The notes below the pieces were generated by a model that was not told where the DNA came from, ran no database searches, and saw only the letters and a list, made by a program, of their open reading frames with translations. The position numbers and the translations under genes were made by a program. DNA of 64,000 nucleotides, from contig OY762463.1 of assembly GCA_963665815.1 (NCBI GenBank), forward strand, positions 1,504,001 to 1,568,000, written 5' to 3'. The DNA comes from Candidatus Cloacimonadales bacterium. Its GTDB lineage: Bacteria > Cloacimonadota > Cloacimonadia > Cloacimonadales > JAIOQZ01. Each line of letters begins with the position of its first letter. Positions within the stretch are counted from its first letter, which is position 1. Positions 9,611 through 18,943 of this stretch are shown piece after piece.

Positions 9611-12600
9611 ATGAAACAGCAAAATCCGGTTATCCTGTTTAACAACCTTGCAGCATCCATTGGCAAAAAAGGTCTGTTCAAGAATAACAAAAGCGGATTG
9701 AGCTCAAATTCACAACAATTTGCTTCCTTATTCAATCAATTGAAAAACAGTATCAATTCCGGATCATATTCTGACAAGAAATCAACTTCCGAAAATGTTA
9801 TCAGTAACCTGAAAGAATTGAATTTTATAACTGAATCCGGAAATGTGAATGAGAAATTGGTTTCCCTGCTGCCTATAGATAATACAGCAAAAGAGAAAAT
9901 ATCTCAGTATCTGCGTAAAATTGCTGATGCATTCAATGATACATCAATAACGAGAAATTTTAATTCTAACATCAGATCTCTGAGCTCATCCTACGCGCAG
10001 ATGAGCTCAGAATCTGTTCCCCAAAACACAACAGCCCGAACACTCAAAAATGCTTCGAGCAAATCCAAACAACATTCTGTTCATGAAACAGAAAGAAAAA
10101 GCACTTCAAGTGAAACCAAATCCGGGAAAACTGCTTCTGTTATTGTTGGTGATTCAGAAACTACTTTAACAAGAGTCAATAATGTTAATCCACAGATTAT
10201 AAATGATGCCATACTCCCGGAAGAAAAAGCAAAAAAGCATGTGACAGAAGAGAACAAATCTTCCATAATGGAGAACAGCTCTACTGAAAAATCAAAAAAT
10301 GCACCTTATTTCTCATTAACAAAATCAAAATCACAAAAAAAAGTTAATTCAAACATATCTTCAGATAGATTAAAGACCAGCATTGAAAAGCCTGTCTTTG
10401 AAAACAGTGAAAAAGCAAAAAACATAAAGGGATCAATATCAAAAGAGAGCAGTACACCGGAAAATGAAAAATTTGAAGATAAAAACATTGATACTGCTAA
10501 AAAATTAAGACCTGACAATAGCACTTTCCAGAAGAATTCTGTAACAAAAGAGAAATCTGTAAAAACTGAATCAACACAAAACAGAGACGAAATCAAAGAG
10601 CAGTTGAAATCCAATATTGGATTGAATAGTGGTACAAGGAAGAGTACTGAAACTATCGATAATAATTATGCAGCAGTATCAGATAAAGTGAATTCTGATC
10701 GTTCAAAATCATTTAATGCTAAAGCAAAAAAAGAATCTACTGTCAAAGCACAAGCTCCAAATTATCACATTGATGAAAGTGCGAATTCTACAAAAGTAAT
10801 ATCTGAAAACTACAATAAAACTTCAATTGATAAGCCAACCCAATCTGCAGTTACCGGAAAATCAACAGGAAATCCAAAATCATCGTCTAAATCATCAGTT
10901 ATCGAAAATTCTGAGACATTTAAAACAAAAGCTGCTTTTGAAACAAATAAGGCATCAAAAATTGTAGAGAATACCGTTGACTCTAAAACAAGTACAATTC
11001 TGAAAACTGAGGATGTTGCTGAAGATAAGGTTGAGCCCAAAAAGAAAGCTACCATTGAAAGAAATCGATATACAAGAAAGATTAAATCAAATAATCTAAC
11101 AAAAGCAAATCACAGAACTTCGGTTTCATCTTACTTGAAATCTAAGAGCACAAACAATCATAGCATAACAGTGGAGAACAGATCTACTGAGAATGTATAC
11201 ACAAGAATAATTTCGAAATCAGCTCTTTCACGAGTTCAGTTTAAGAATTCATCAGATAGAAATGTTAATCAATCAGAATCCTATTCCGGATATCTGAATT
11301 CAAGTTCGAAAGTTACAGTTTCAGACAATCATAATAAAACAAGGTTATCTAAAACGGTAGCTCCAAAGCAAAAGACTGAAAAGAATACTAACAGAGTTCC
11401 TGTAAAGACACTCAGACAAAAAGCTTCAGTCAAGTCTGAATTCATTGCAGAAGCCGATTCACATAGGCCATCTGAAAACTCAACAATCAGAAACTCAATT
11501 GTTAAAACAGTTCTGATGAGAAAGGCCAAAACTGCTTCTTATACCCAAAACACATCAAAATATGAGCTTGGAGCAAGAAAAACTGATCAACAGAATAAAA
11601 TTTTCACAGGAGCAACCCAGAGAGTTTTCTCAAATGTCAAAAATCTGTCAGGCAATACAACTTCAAAGTTAAGCAATGTTAATATGCAGGCAATATCAAA
11701 CGGAATTCAAAATAAACCTGACAATCAGAGTTTACAGAAAGAATCAACCGGAACAGTAAAATCCACATTTAGGCATGCAGAAAGAGAAGTTTCGAAACAT
11801 GATGAATCAACTCGCAAAACCAATTTTGTTCAGGAAAATTCACGTAGCAATTCAGAATCAAAAAATATTAATAATCCGGTAAATCAAAACATCAACATTG
11901 ATAGAAAAGATAATAAGAAGTCTTCTGCTGAAAAGATTACACAAGATTTCTCACTTAAACAAACAAATGCAGGAAAAACACATACCCTGAATAGAGAACC
12001 TGTAATCAGCAATGCAAAAGACTCGAATTATACTAAAGCCTTAAACACCGAGAACATTGAGATTAACACTAAACATAAAGGTGTAGATGCGCCTCAGAAC
12101 TTCAGCAAGGAAAGTAAATATAGTTTTGACGATTCTGAGGTAGTCTCTCCTTTAGAAAATAAAAAATCATTCACTGCAACCCCAAAAGCAACGTCCAATA
12201 CCACAATGATAGGTATTAACAAGCCACAACAGGAAAGAGCCGTTTCAAATCCTGAGACTTATACAAAATCGGAATATTCTTCAAAAGCTCAATCGATTAA
12301 GCATAACCAGGAACTCAAAGGCCAGATGTCCCAACCTGTTAACCCTAAGGTAATCAAAACAGAGACAGTTAAAAGTGCTGAAACACCAAAAAATTCAGAA
12401 CAAGCCAATGTTAAAGAAAACACTTCTGAACCAGTTGCTGTTAAGACTAACCATGCAAAGGAAAATATCAGCAATACCACAGCAGAAAGCAAGACTGCAC
12501 CCAAAACGGAAGTTTTGACAAAGCAAGAGACTATAAAAAACAACACAGAGGTTAAAACAGAACAACCTAAAACTCAGAATGTTAAGGTTGTAAAAACTGA

Positions 12601-15280
12601 AACAGCAAAGTTTGTTGAGACTCCAAAGAATTCAGAACAAGTTAATGTTAAAGAAAACACATCTGAACCGGTTGCTGTTAAGACTAACTATGCAAAGGAA
12701 AATATCAGCAATACCACAGCAGAAAGCAAGACTGCACCAAAACCGGTAGTTTTGACAAAGCAAGAGACTATAAAAAACAACACTGAGGTTAAAACAGAAC
12801 AAATTCAAACTCAGAATGTTAAAGCTGTAAAAACAGAGACAGTTAAAAGTGTTGAGACTCCAAAGAATACAGAACAAGCCAATGTTAAAGAAAACACTTC
12901 TGAACCAGTTGCTGTTAAGAGTGAACTTATAAACGAAAAAGTTAGCAATACTACAGCAGAAAGCAAGACTGCACCAAAAACGGAAGTTTTGACAAAGCAA
13001 GAGACTATAAAAAACAACACTGAGATTAAAACAGAACAAATTCAAACTCAGGATGTTAAGGTTGTAAAAACTGAAACAGCAAAGTTTGTTGAGACCCCAA
13101 AGAATACAGAACAAGCCAATGTTAAAGAAAACACTTCTGAACCAGTTGCTGTTAAGACTAACCCCGAAAAGGAAAATGTCAGCAATACCACAGAAGAAAG
13201 CAAGACTGCGCCAAAAACGGAAGTTTTGACAAAGCAAGAGACTATAAAAAACAACACAGAGGTTAAAACAGAACAACCTCAAACTCAGAATGTTAAAGCT
13301 GTAAAAACAGAGACAGTTAAAAGTGTTGAGACTCCAAAGAATACAGAACAAGCCAATGTTAAAGAAAACACTTCTGAACCAGTTGCTGTTAAGAGTGAAC
13401 TTATAAACGAAAAAGTTAGCAATACTACAGCAGAAAGCAAGACTGCACCAAAAACGGAAGTTTTGACAAAGCAAGAGACTATAAAAAACAACACTGAGAT
13501 TAAAACAGAACAACCTCAAACTCAGAATGTTAAGGTTGTGAAAACTGAAACAGCAAAGTTTGTTGAAACTCCAAAGAATTCAGAACAAGCTAATTTTAAA
13601 GAAAATACATCTGAATCTGTTGTTGTTAAGAATAACCATGCAAATGAAAAGTTCAGCAATACCACAGCAGCCAACAAGACTGCACCAAAACCTGAAGTAT
13701 TAACAGAACAGGAAACTATTAGAAACAACACCGAGGTTAAGGCAGAACAACCTAAAACTCAGAATGTTAAAGCTGTAAAAACTGAAACAGCACAGTTTGT
13801 CGAGACTCCAAAGAATTCAGAACAAGCCAATGTTAAAGAAAACACTTCTGAATCTGTTATTGTTAAGAGTAACAATGTAAATGAAAAGCTCAGCAATACT
13901 ACAGCAGAAAGCAAGACTGCTCCAAAACCGGAAGTATTATCAAAACAAGAGACTATAAAAAACAACACTGAGATTAAAACAGAACAACCTCAAACTCAGG
14001 ATGTTAAAGCTGTAAAAACTGAAACAGCACAGTTTGTTGAGACCACAAAGAATACAGGACAAGCTAATGTTAAAGAAAATACTTCTGAACCGGTTGCTGT
14101 TAAGAGTAAACTTGTAAATGAAAAGATTGTTAATACCACAGCAGAAAGCAAGACTGCACCAAAGCAGAAAGTTATAGCAACACAAGAGACAATTAAGAAT
14201 AACACTGAGATCAAAACAGAAAAATCAGAAGAAGTTTCACTAAAAAATGAAGCTGCGATAAGTGATAGAAAGCCGGAATCTGATAAAGATTTTCAGGAGA
14301 GTGTAATGGTTGATAAAAAAGCAGATAATGGATATTCTCTAAAAGCTAATTCAGAGGAAAAGGCAGTTAGTAAAGCTAATCCAGAAAAAAACAATCATGA
14401 AACTACTGTTCAAGAGAAGTATACACATAAAGATTACGAAGCCATTTCTGATAAAAGACTTTTTTATAACATCCGTAATTCATTCCATAAGAGTAATCCA
14501 ACTGAAGAAAAGGCAAACAGAACAATTTTGAAATTGGATGATGAAGAATCTATTACAAAATTCCTTAACAGTATCAAGATGCCTGATCTTGAGAAACTGC
14601 ATGCTCAGAAAACTCAGAATACAGAACCGACACAAAATAATTACGTCAGACGCCCTGAAGCAAAAAACGAATCTATGAATAACTCTTCAGACAATAAAAA
14701 TGAAAACTACAATGGCAGACAGGGTAATTCCGAAAATTTCAGTAAAAATGAAAATGAAGTTTTCAGAGCTACTCTTCAGGATCAGCAGTTTGACACAGCA
14801 TACAGCTCAGCTGCAGCAAAGTCACAAACCACAGTTCCATCATACAATGGAACATCAATAAATCAGATATATGACAAAATTTTTAATGAACTGAAATCTT
14901 TCGAAATTAATAGTAAATCATCATTATTTAAAGAAGCAGACTTTAAATTACGCACTGATGATTTTGGTGAAATCACAGCAAATCTCGTAAAAGAAAACAA
15001 TAACCTGCAGGTGACAATTTCAGTCAAAAACGAAGCTCATTTACAAACACTTAGAGATCAACTCTCTGATATGAACAAGTCACTCGAAAAACTGGGATTT
15101 GATGAAGTTGAAGTAAACTACAGGTTCGACAACGAAGAACATCACAATCAACACTCGCATAACAGACAAAGAAATATCTTAAACAGGCAGAATGCTTTCC
15201 ACACACTTAAAGAGGAAAGTGATACTCAACAATTAATGTCAATGAAACGTGAAAATACAACGATCGAATACATAATTTAA
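9611..15280 (+). CDS. fliK: Flagellar hook-length control protein FliK, exceptionally long (1889 aa)
   Basis: Directly upstream of flgD; long low-complexity N-terminal region; C-terminal Flg_hook-like domain (FKLRTDDFGEITANL...LQVTISV...LRDQLSDMNKSLEKLGF). Confidence 0.8.
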   Translation: MKQQNPVILFNNLAASIGKKGLFKNNKSGLSSNSQQFASLFNQLKNSINSGSYSDKKSTSENVISNLKELNFITESGNVNEKLVSLLPIDNTAKEKISQYLRKIADAFNDTSITRNFNSNIRSLSSSYAQMSSESVPQNTTARTLKNASSKSKQHSVHETERKSTSSETKSGKTASVIVGDSETTLTRVNNVNPQIINDAILPEEKAKKHVTEENKSSIMENSSTEKSKNAPYFSLTKSKSQKKVNSNISSDRLKTSIEKPVFENSEKAKNIKGSISKESSTPENEKFEDKNIDTAKKLRPDNSTFQKNSVTKEKSVKTESTQNRDEIKEQLKSNIGLNSGTRKSTETIDNNYAAVSDKVNSDRSKSFNAKAKKESTVKAQAPNYHIDESANSTKVISENYNKTSIDKPTQSAVTGKSTGNPKSSSKSSVIENSETFKTKAAFETNKASKIVENTVDSKTSTILKTEDVAEDKVEPKKKATIERNRYTRKIKSNNLTKANHRTSVSSYLKSKSTNNHSITVENRSTENVYTRIISKSALSRVQFKNSSDRNVNQSESYSGYLNSSSKVTVSDNHNKTRLSKTVAPKQKTEKNTNRVPVKTLRQKASVKSEFIAEADSHRPSENSTIRNSIVKTVLMRKAKTASYTQNTSKYELGARKTDQQNKIFTGATQRVFSNVKNLSGNTTSKLSNVNMQAISNGIQNKPDNQSLQKESTGTVKSTFRHAEREVSKHDESTRKTNFVQENSRSNSESKNINNPVNQNINIDRKDNKKSSAEKITQDFSLKQTNAGKTHTLNREPVISNAKDSNYTKALNTENIEINTKHKGVDAPQNFSKESKYSFDDSEVVSPLENKKSFTATPKATSNTTMIGINKPQQERAVSNPETYTKSEYSSKAQSIKHNQELKGQMSQPVNPKVIKTETVKSAETPKNSEQANVKENTSEPVAVKTNHAKENISNTTAESKTAPKTEVLTKQETIKNNTEVKTEQPKTQNVKVVKTETAKFVETPKNSEQVNVKENTSEPVAVKTNYAKENISNTTAESKTAPKPVVLTKQETIKNNTEVKTEQIQTQNVKAVKTETVKSVETPKNTEQANVKENTSEPVAVKSELINEKVSNTTAESKTAPKTEVLTKQETIKNNTEIKTEQIQTQDVKVVKTETAKFVETPKNTEQANVKENTSEPVAVKTNPEKENVSNTTEESKTAPKTEVLTKQETIKNNTEVKTEQPQTQNVKAVKTETVKSVETPKNTEQANVKENTSEPVAVKSELINEKVSNTTAESKTAPKTEVLTKQETIKNNTEIKTEQPQTQNVKVVKTETAKFVETPKNSEQANFKENTSESVVVKNNHANEKFSNTTAANKTAPKPEVLTEQETIRNNTEVKAEQPKTQNVKAVKTETAQFVETPKNSEQANVKENTSESVIVKSNNVNEKLSNTTAESKTAPKPEVLSKQETIKNNTEIKTEQPQTQDVKAVKTETAQFVETTKNTGQANVKENTSEPVAVKSKLVNEKIVNTTAESKTAPKQKVIATQETIKNNTEIKTEKSEEVSLKNEAAISDRKPESDKDFQESVMVDKKADNGYSLKANSEEKAVSKANPEKNNHETTVQEKYTHKDYEAISDKRLFYNIRNSFHKSNPTEEKANRTILKLDDEESITKFLNSIKMPDLEKLHAQKTQNTEPTQNNYVRRPEAKNESMNNSSDNKNENYNGRQGNSENFSKNENEVFRATLQDQQFDTAYSSAAAKSQTTVPSYNGTSINQIYDKIFNELKSFEINSKSSLFKEADFKLRTDDFGEITANLVKENNNLQVTISVKNEAHLQTLRDQLSDMNKSLEKLGFDEVEVNYRFDNEEHHNQHSHNRQRNILNRQNAFHTLKEESDTQQLMSMKRENTTIEYII
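12350..14222 (+). repeat. About 8 tandem copies of a 237-bp (79-aa) unit inside fliK
   Basis: Eight ETxKN...KENTSE...KTAPK...ETIxNNTE units; antisense shadow ORFs recur every 237 nt (12811, 13048, 13285, 13522, 13759, 13996). Confidence 0.95.
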
Positions 15281-15294
15281 GATCGGAGGAAATA

Positions 15295-15954
15295 ATGGAT
15301 ATAGTTGGTATTACTACAGCAACATCAAACGCCTATAAGACAGATGTCATAGACGACGGATCTATGGCTAAAGATGACTTTCTGCAATTGATGATAGCAC
15401 AAATGAAATATCAGGATCCGCTTGAACCAATGAGCAATACGGATATGTCATCACAGCTTGCACAGTTCAGTTCACTTGAGTCTCTGAACAACATCTATGA
15501 TACAATGACAGATAACGTATTACTTACTCAATCTCTGAATAACTCATACATGACATCCCTTATAGGCAAGAACGTGAAAGCTTACGGGAACACAGTTGAT
15601 TATCAGGGAGAGAAAACGGAAATTTCCTATAATCTCTCAGCAACGTCAAATGTAACAGTTAATGTATACGACGAAGACGGTGATCTTGTAACAACAATCA
15701 ATCCTTACAACCAGAGAGCCGGTGACAACACCATAACCTGGGATGGCACTGATTCTAATGGTGAGCAGGTTGATAATGGGATTTACACTTTCGAAGTAGT
15801 TGCAACTGATTCCGAAGGCAACACAGTTACTGCAGACGGTTATGTTAACGGATACATTGAAGGTATAACTTACGAATCCGGTTCTCCATTCCTTGTTGTT
15901 CATGGAACAAGCCTTGGACTTGGAGCTGTAATTTCCATTCTGGATGGAGAGTGA
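15295..15954 (+). CDS. flgD: Flagellar hook capping protein FlgD
   Basis: KDDFLQLMIAQMKYQDPLEPM...QLAQFSSLE; FlgD Ig domain. Confidence 0.95.
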   Translation: MDIVGITTATSNAYKTDVIDDGSMAKDDFLQLMIAQMKYQDPLEPMSNTDMSSQLAQFSSLESLNNIYDTMTDNVLLTQSLNNSYMTSLIGKNVKAYGNTVDYQGEKTEISYNLSATSNVTVNVYDEDGDLVTTINPYNQRAGDNTITWDGTDSNGEQVDNGIYTFEVVATDSEGNTVTADGYVNGYIEGITYESGSPFLVVHGTSLGLGAVISILDGE

Positions 15955-15961
15955 GGAAGCA

Positions 15962-16339
15962 ATGATTAACAGAGTTTTCCAGAATCCTCCTATACCAATT
16001 GGAAATGAGCAGAACAAAATAAACAGGACTGCTGATCCAAGGATTCAGAGTAATCCATTCCGAGATATTTTACAGGAAAAACTGAACACTAACAAACTGT
16101 CTTTCTCAGCCCATGCGACCCAGCGTATGAATCAGAGAAACATAGATTTAGACAGTTCAGAATTACAGAGATTAGAAGAGGCAGTTGATAAACTCGCCAG
16201 TAAAGGCGGTAAAGAATCACTGATAACAATGGATAACGTCGCATATGTTGTAAATGTTACTAACCGAACAGTTATTACAGCAGTAGATAAACCAAACGAG
16301 AATGTTTTCACCAATATAGACAGTGCAGCTTTTGCATAA
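15962..16339 (+). CDS. Flagellar operon protein, TIGR02530-like
   Basis: FSAHATQRMNQRNI...KGGKESL...NRTVITAV...VFTNIDSA; lies between flgD and flgE; start at ATG 15962 after GAGG. Confidence 0.85.
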   Translation: MINRVFQNPPIPIGNEQNKINRTADPRIQSNPFRDILQEKLNTNKLSFSAHATQRMNQRNIDLDSSELQRLEEAVDKLASKGGKESLITMDNVAYVVNVTNRTVITAVDKPNENVFTNIDSAAFA

Positions 16340-16352
16340 ATAATAAAAAAAC

Positions 16353-16406
16353 GGGCTGGACCTCACGGAGGAGGCCCTTGTCAGCACTGACTGATTGATG
16401 TGCTGA
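16353..16406 (+). promoter_or_regulatory. Structured two-hairpin RNA element in the flgE leader (putative cis-regulatory)
   Basis: Hairpin 1 is GGGCT-GGA-CCTC-ACG-GAGG-A-GGCCC; hairpin 2 is TCAGCAC-TGACTGATTGAT-GTGCTGA; GC-rich in an AT-rich context; no U-tail. Confidence 0.6.
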
Positions 16407-16426
16407 ACCTATACAAGGAGTAAAAA

Positions 16427-18490
16427 ATGTTAAGATCATTATACGCAGGAATATCTGGAATCACAGGCCAACAAGCATTCATGGATGTAATCTCCAATAA
16501 TATTGCAAACGTAAACACAACAGGATACAAAGCAGGAAGAATCACATTTGCAGATACATTATCAGAAACAATCGCTGATGCACGTGGATCACTTGGTAAC
16601 TTTGGTGGTGTTAATCCCATCCAGATAGGATTAGGAACAAAAATAAACAGTATAGATACAAACTTCAAACAAGGAAGTATGGAAGCCACAGGAATGACTA
16701 CTGACCTCGCTATCAATGGTAACGATTTCTTTATCGTTTCTGACGGTTCAAACAGATACTTTACAAGATCAGGTGCATTCCAGGTAGACAATAACGGTTA
16801 TCTTCTCGGACCTGGTGGATCAACATTCGTACAAGGTCGTATGGCTGATGAAGATGGACAACTGACATCATCCACAGCAGTAGAAAACATCCAACTTCCA
16901 TTCGGAAAGAAAGATCCGGCTAAAGCAACAGAAAATGTTTCACTTTATTGTAACCTTGATCAAACTGCTGCTAAATTTGAAGAGTGGCTCGGTGAAAGAA
17001 AACTTGAAACTAAAGATGGAACTGATATTTCAACATCAACATCACTGGCAAACATCGAAGGGTTCGAAATTGTTGACGGTGATACAATAGAAATCAATGG
17101 AACAGACAGAGATGGTGCAGCATTAACCGGAAACTTCACTTACGGTCTGGCTAATGACGGAATCACACTTGGTGAACTTCTGGCTACAATCAACACGACA
17201 TTCTCTTCCGGTACAGACGATGGTGCATCAATTAAGCTTGATGAAAACGGCTTCCTCAGATTCAAAGCAAATCAAGCAGGAGAAAATGATTTCTCAATAG
17301 CTATTGTTCCTCCGGATACTGTAGATGCTGTTTATGAAACACATACAACTTCAGCTGTATTCCAGACTAGTGGTGTTGCTACTCAAGCAACCGATGACCT
17401 TACAAACATCGATGGTGTTGGAGGTACAGGTGGTGGTGGTGAACTTGTTGCAGGTGATACTTTCACAATTTCCGGAACTAACGCTGCAGGAGCTGTTGTT
17501 AATGCTACATTCACTTATGGTGCGGCAAATGACGGTACAACAATGCAGGATCTGGTTTCATTCATCAGTTCTCAGTTTGCTGGATCTACCGCATCACTCG
17601 ACACTAATGGTAACATAGTTCTTACTGATGACTCCCCTGGTGTAAGCGCAACCACATTTGCCATCACAGATGGTACAGGAACAGGTTTCACAAGAGCTAC
17701 TTCAGCAGTAGAGGGTAGAGATACAACTAACGTAATCATTCCTTCATTTGCCCAGGAAGTTGTTGGAGCAACAGGTAAGCACACTACTACTATCACAGTA
17801 TATGACAGTCAGGGTGATACTCATGAACTCGAATTCGAATTCCTTCAGGATCCAACTCCGGGAAGTAACCTCTGGACATGGAGCATCAGTATCGACGAAG
17901 GTGATATTGTTCCTACTGAAGGTTCAACAGGAACAGTTGAATTCAACGCTGACGGTTCAATGAAAGAATTTGCTTATGACAACAACGCAGAAGCACTCAG
18001 ATTCAGCAGTACAGGTATTAAAGAAATGGTAATTGATTTCAACGCCGGTACATCAGGTGGATTTGATGGTATCACACAATTCTCATCAGCAAGCACAACA
18101 ATTGCAATTGAGCAGGACGGATACTCACTTGGAGTTCTTGACAGTATCTCTGTAGATGATCAGGGTATTGTAAACGGATTCTATTCAAACGGACAAAGCC
18201 GTACACTTGCACAAATTGCTCTTGCTAATTTCACAAACCGTGGTGGTTTGAAAAAAGAAGGAAGCAGTCTTTTCTCAGCTAATACAGCCTCAGGTAATCC
18301 GATCATCAGCTGGGCAGGATCAAACACATCTTCACAAATTCAGGCAGGATATCTTGAATCATCTAATGTTGACCTGACAAATGAGCTTTCTCAAATGATT
18401 ATAGCTCAAAGAGGTATTCAGGCAAATTCAAAAGTAATATCAACATCAGACACAATCCTGACAACAATAATCGATAGAATGAAGAGATAA
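16427..18490 (+). CDS. flgE: Flagellar hook protein FlgE, enlarged (687 aa)
   Basis: MLRSLYAGISG...NNIANVNTTGYK; TRSGAF; LESSNVDLTNELSQMIIAQRGIQANSK. Confidence 0.95.
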   Translation: MLRSLYAGISGITGQQAFMDVISNNIANVNTTGYKAGRITFADTLSETIADARGSLGNFGGVNPIQIGLGTKINSIDTNFKQGSMEATGMTTDLAINGNDFFIVSDGSNRYFTRSGAFQVDNNGYLLGPGGSTFVQGRMADEDGQLTSSTAVENIQLPFGKKDPAKATENVSLYCNLDQTAAKFEEWLGERKLETKDGTDISTSTSLANIEGFEIVDGDTIEINGTDRDGAALTGNFTYGLANDGITLGELLATINTTFSSGTDDGASIKLDENGFLRFKANQAGENDFSIAIVPPDTVDAVYETHTTSAVFQTSGVATQATDDLTNIDGVGGTGGGGELVAGDTFTISGTNAAGAVVNATFTYGAANDGTTMQDLVSFISSQFAGSTASLDTNGNIVLTDDSPGVSATTFAITDGTGTGFTRATSAVEGRDTTNVIIPSFAQEVVGATGKHTTTITVYDSQGDTHELEFEFLQDPTPGSNLWTWSISIDEGDIVPTEGSTGTVEFNADGSMKEFAYDNNAEALRFSSTGIKEMVIDFNAGTSGGFDGITQFSSASTTIAIEQDGYSLGVLDSISVDDQGIVNGFYSNGQSRTLAQIALANFTNRGGLKKEGSSLFSANTASGNPIISWAGSNTSSQIQAGYLESSNVDLTNELSQMIIAQRGIQANSKVISTSDTILTTIIDRMKR

Positions 18491-18514
18491 TAAATAGTCT
18501 CTGAAAATATTAAA

Positions 18515-18544
18515 CAGGTGAAGCAGGTTTTCCTGCTTTGCCTG
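18515..18544 (+). terminator. Stem-loop after flgE (terminator or mRNA-stabilising hairpin)
   Basis: CAGGTGAAGCAGG-TTTT-CCTGCTTTGCCTG; only a weak U tail. Confidence 0.55.
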
Positions 18545-18729
18545 GCTTATTCAAAGCAGATAAAAGCAATAATATGCTTCAGATCGATCATTCAAAAATG
18601 CATAGCGTGATTTGTCCTGATAAGCTGAAAAAACAGTCTCAAAAAAAATCTGAAGAATTATCTGGTACAAAAAATGAATGTTTGTTGACTTTATTCTCAT
18701 CATTAATTGTCTTGACAAGGAGATATTAA

Positions 18730-18933
18730 ATGGTTAGATTAACAAAAATAAACAAAAAAGAAATCTACATTAATGCAGATTTAATGGAATTCATTGAATC
18801 TACGCCAGATACGCTGATTACACTGACAACCGGAAAGAAAATTCTGGTGTCTGAATCCGTTGATGAAGTTATAGAAGGAATCATTGAATTCAGAAGACGC
18901 ATTATGAACCCCGATAATCTGAAAAAGAAATAA
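18730..18933 (+). CDS. flbD: Flagellar protein FlbD/SwrD family
   Basis: MVRLTKIN...INADLMEFIESTPDTLITLTTGKK; located upstream of motA. Confidence 0.9.
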   Translation: MVRLTKINKKEIYINADLMEFIESTPDTLITLTTGKKILVSESVDEVIEGIIEFRRRIMNPDNLKKK

Positions 18934-18943
18934 AGGATTTTAT

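Noticed and set aside
12289-14214. Periodic antisense ORFs in the fliK repeat region, considered as a peptide array or CRISPR-like array
   Set aside because: They are shadows of the 237-bp coding repeat; there is no repeat-spacer structure and no cas gene
18538-18729. 63-aa ORF and a possible second sigma54 site (TGGTAC-N5-ATGAA near 18663) before flbD
   Set aside because: The ORF has a TTG start inside a hairpin and no RBS; the site lacks the -12 GC
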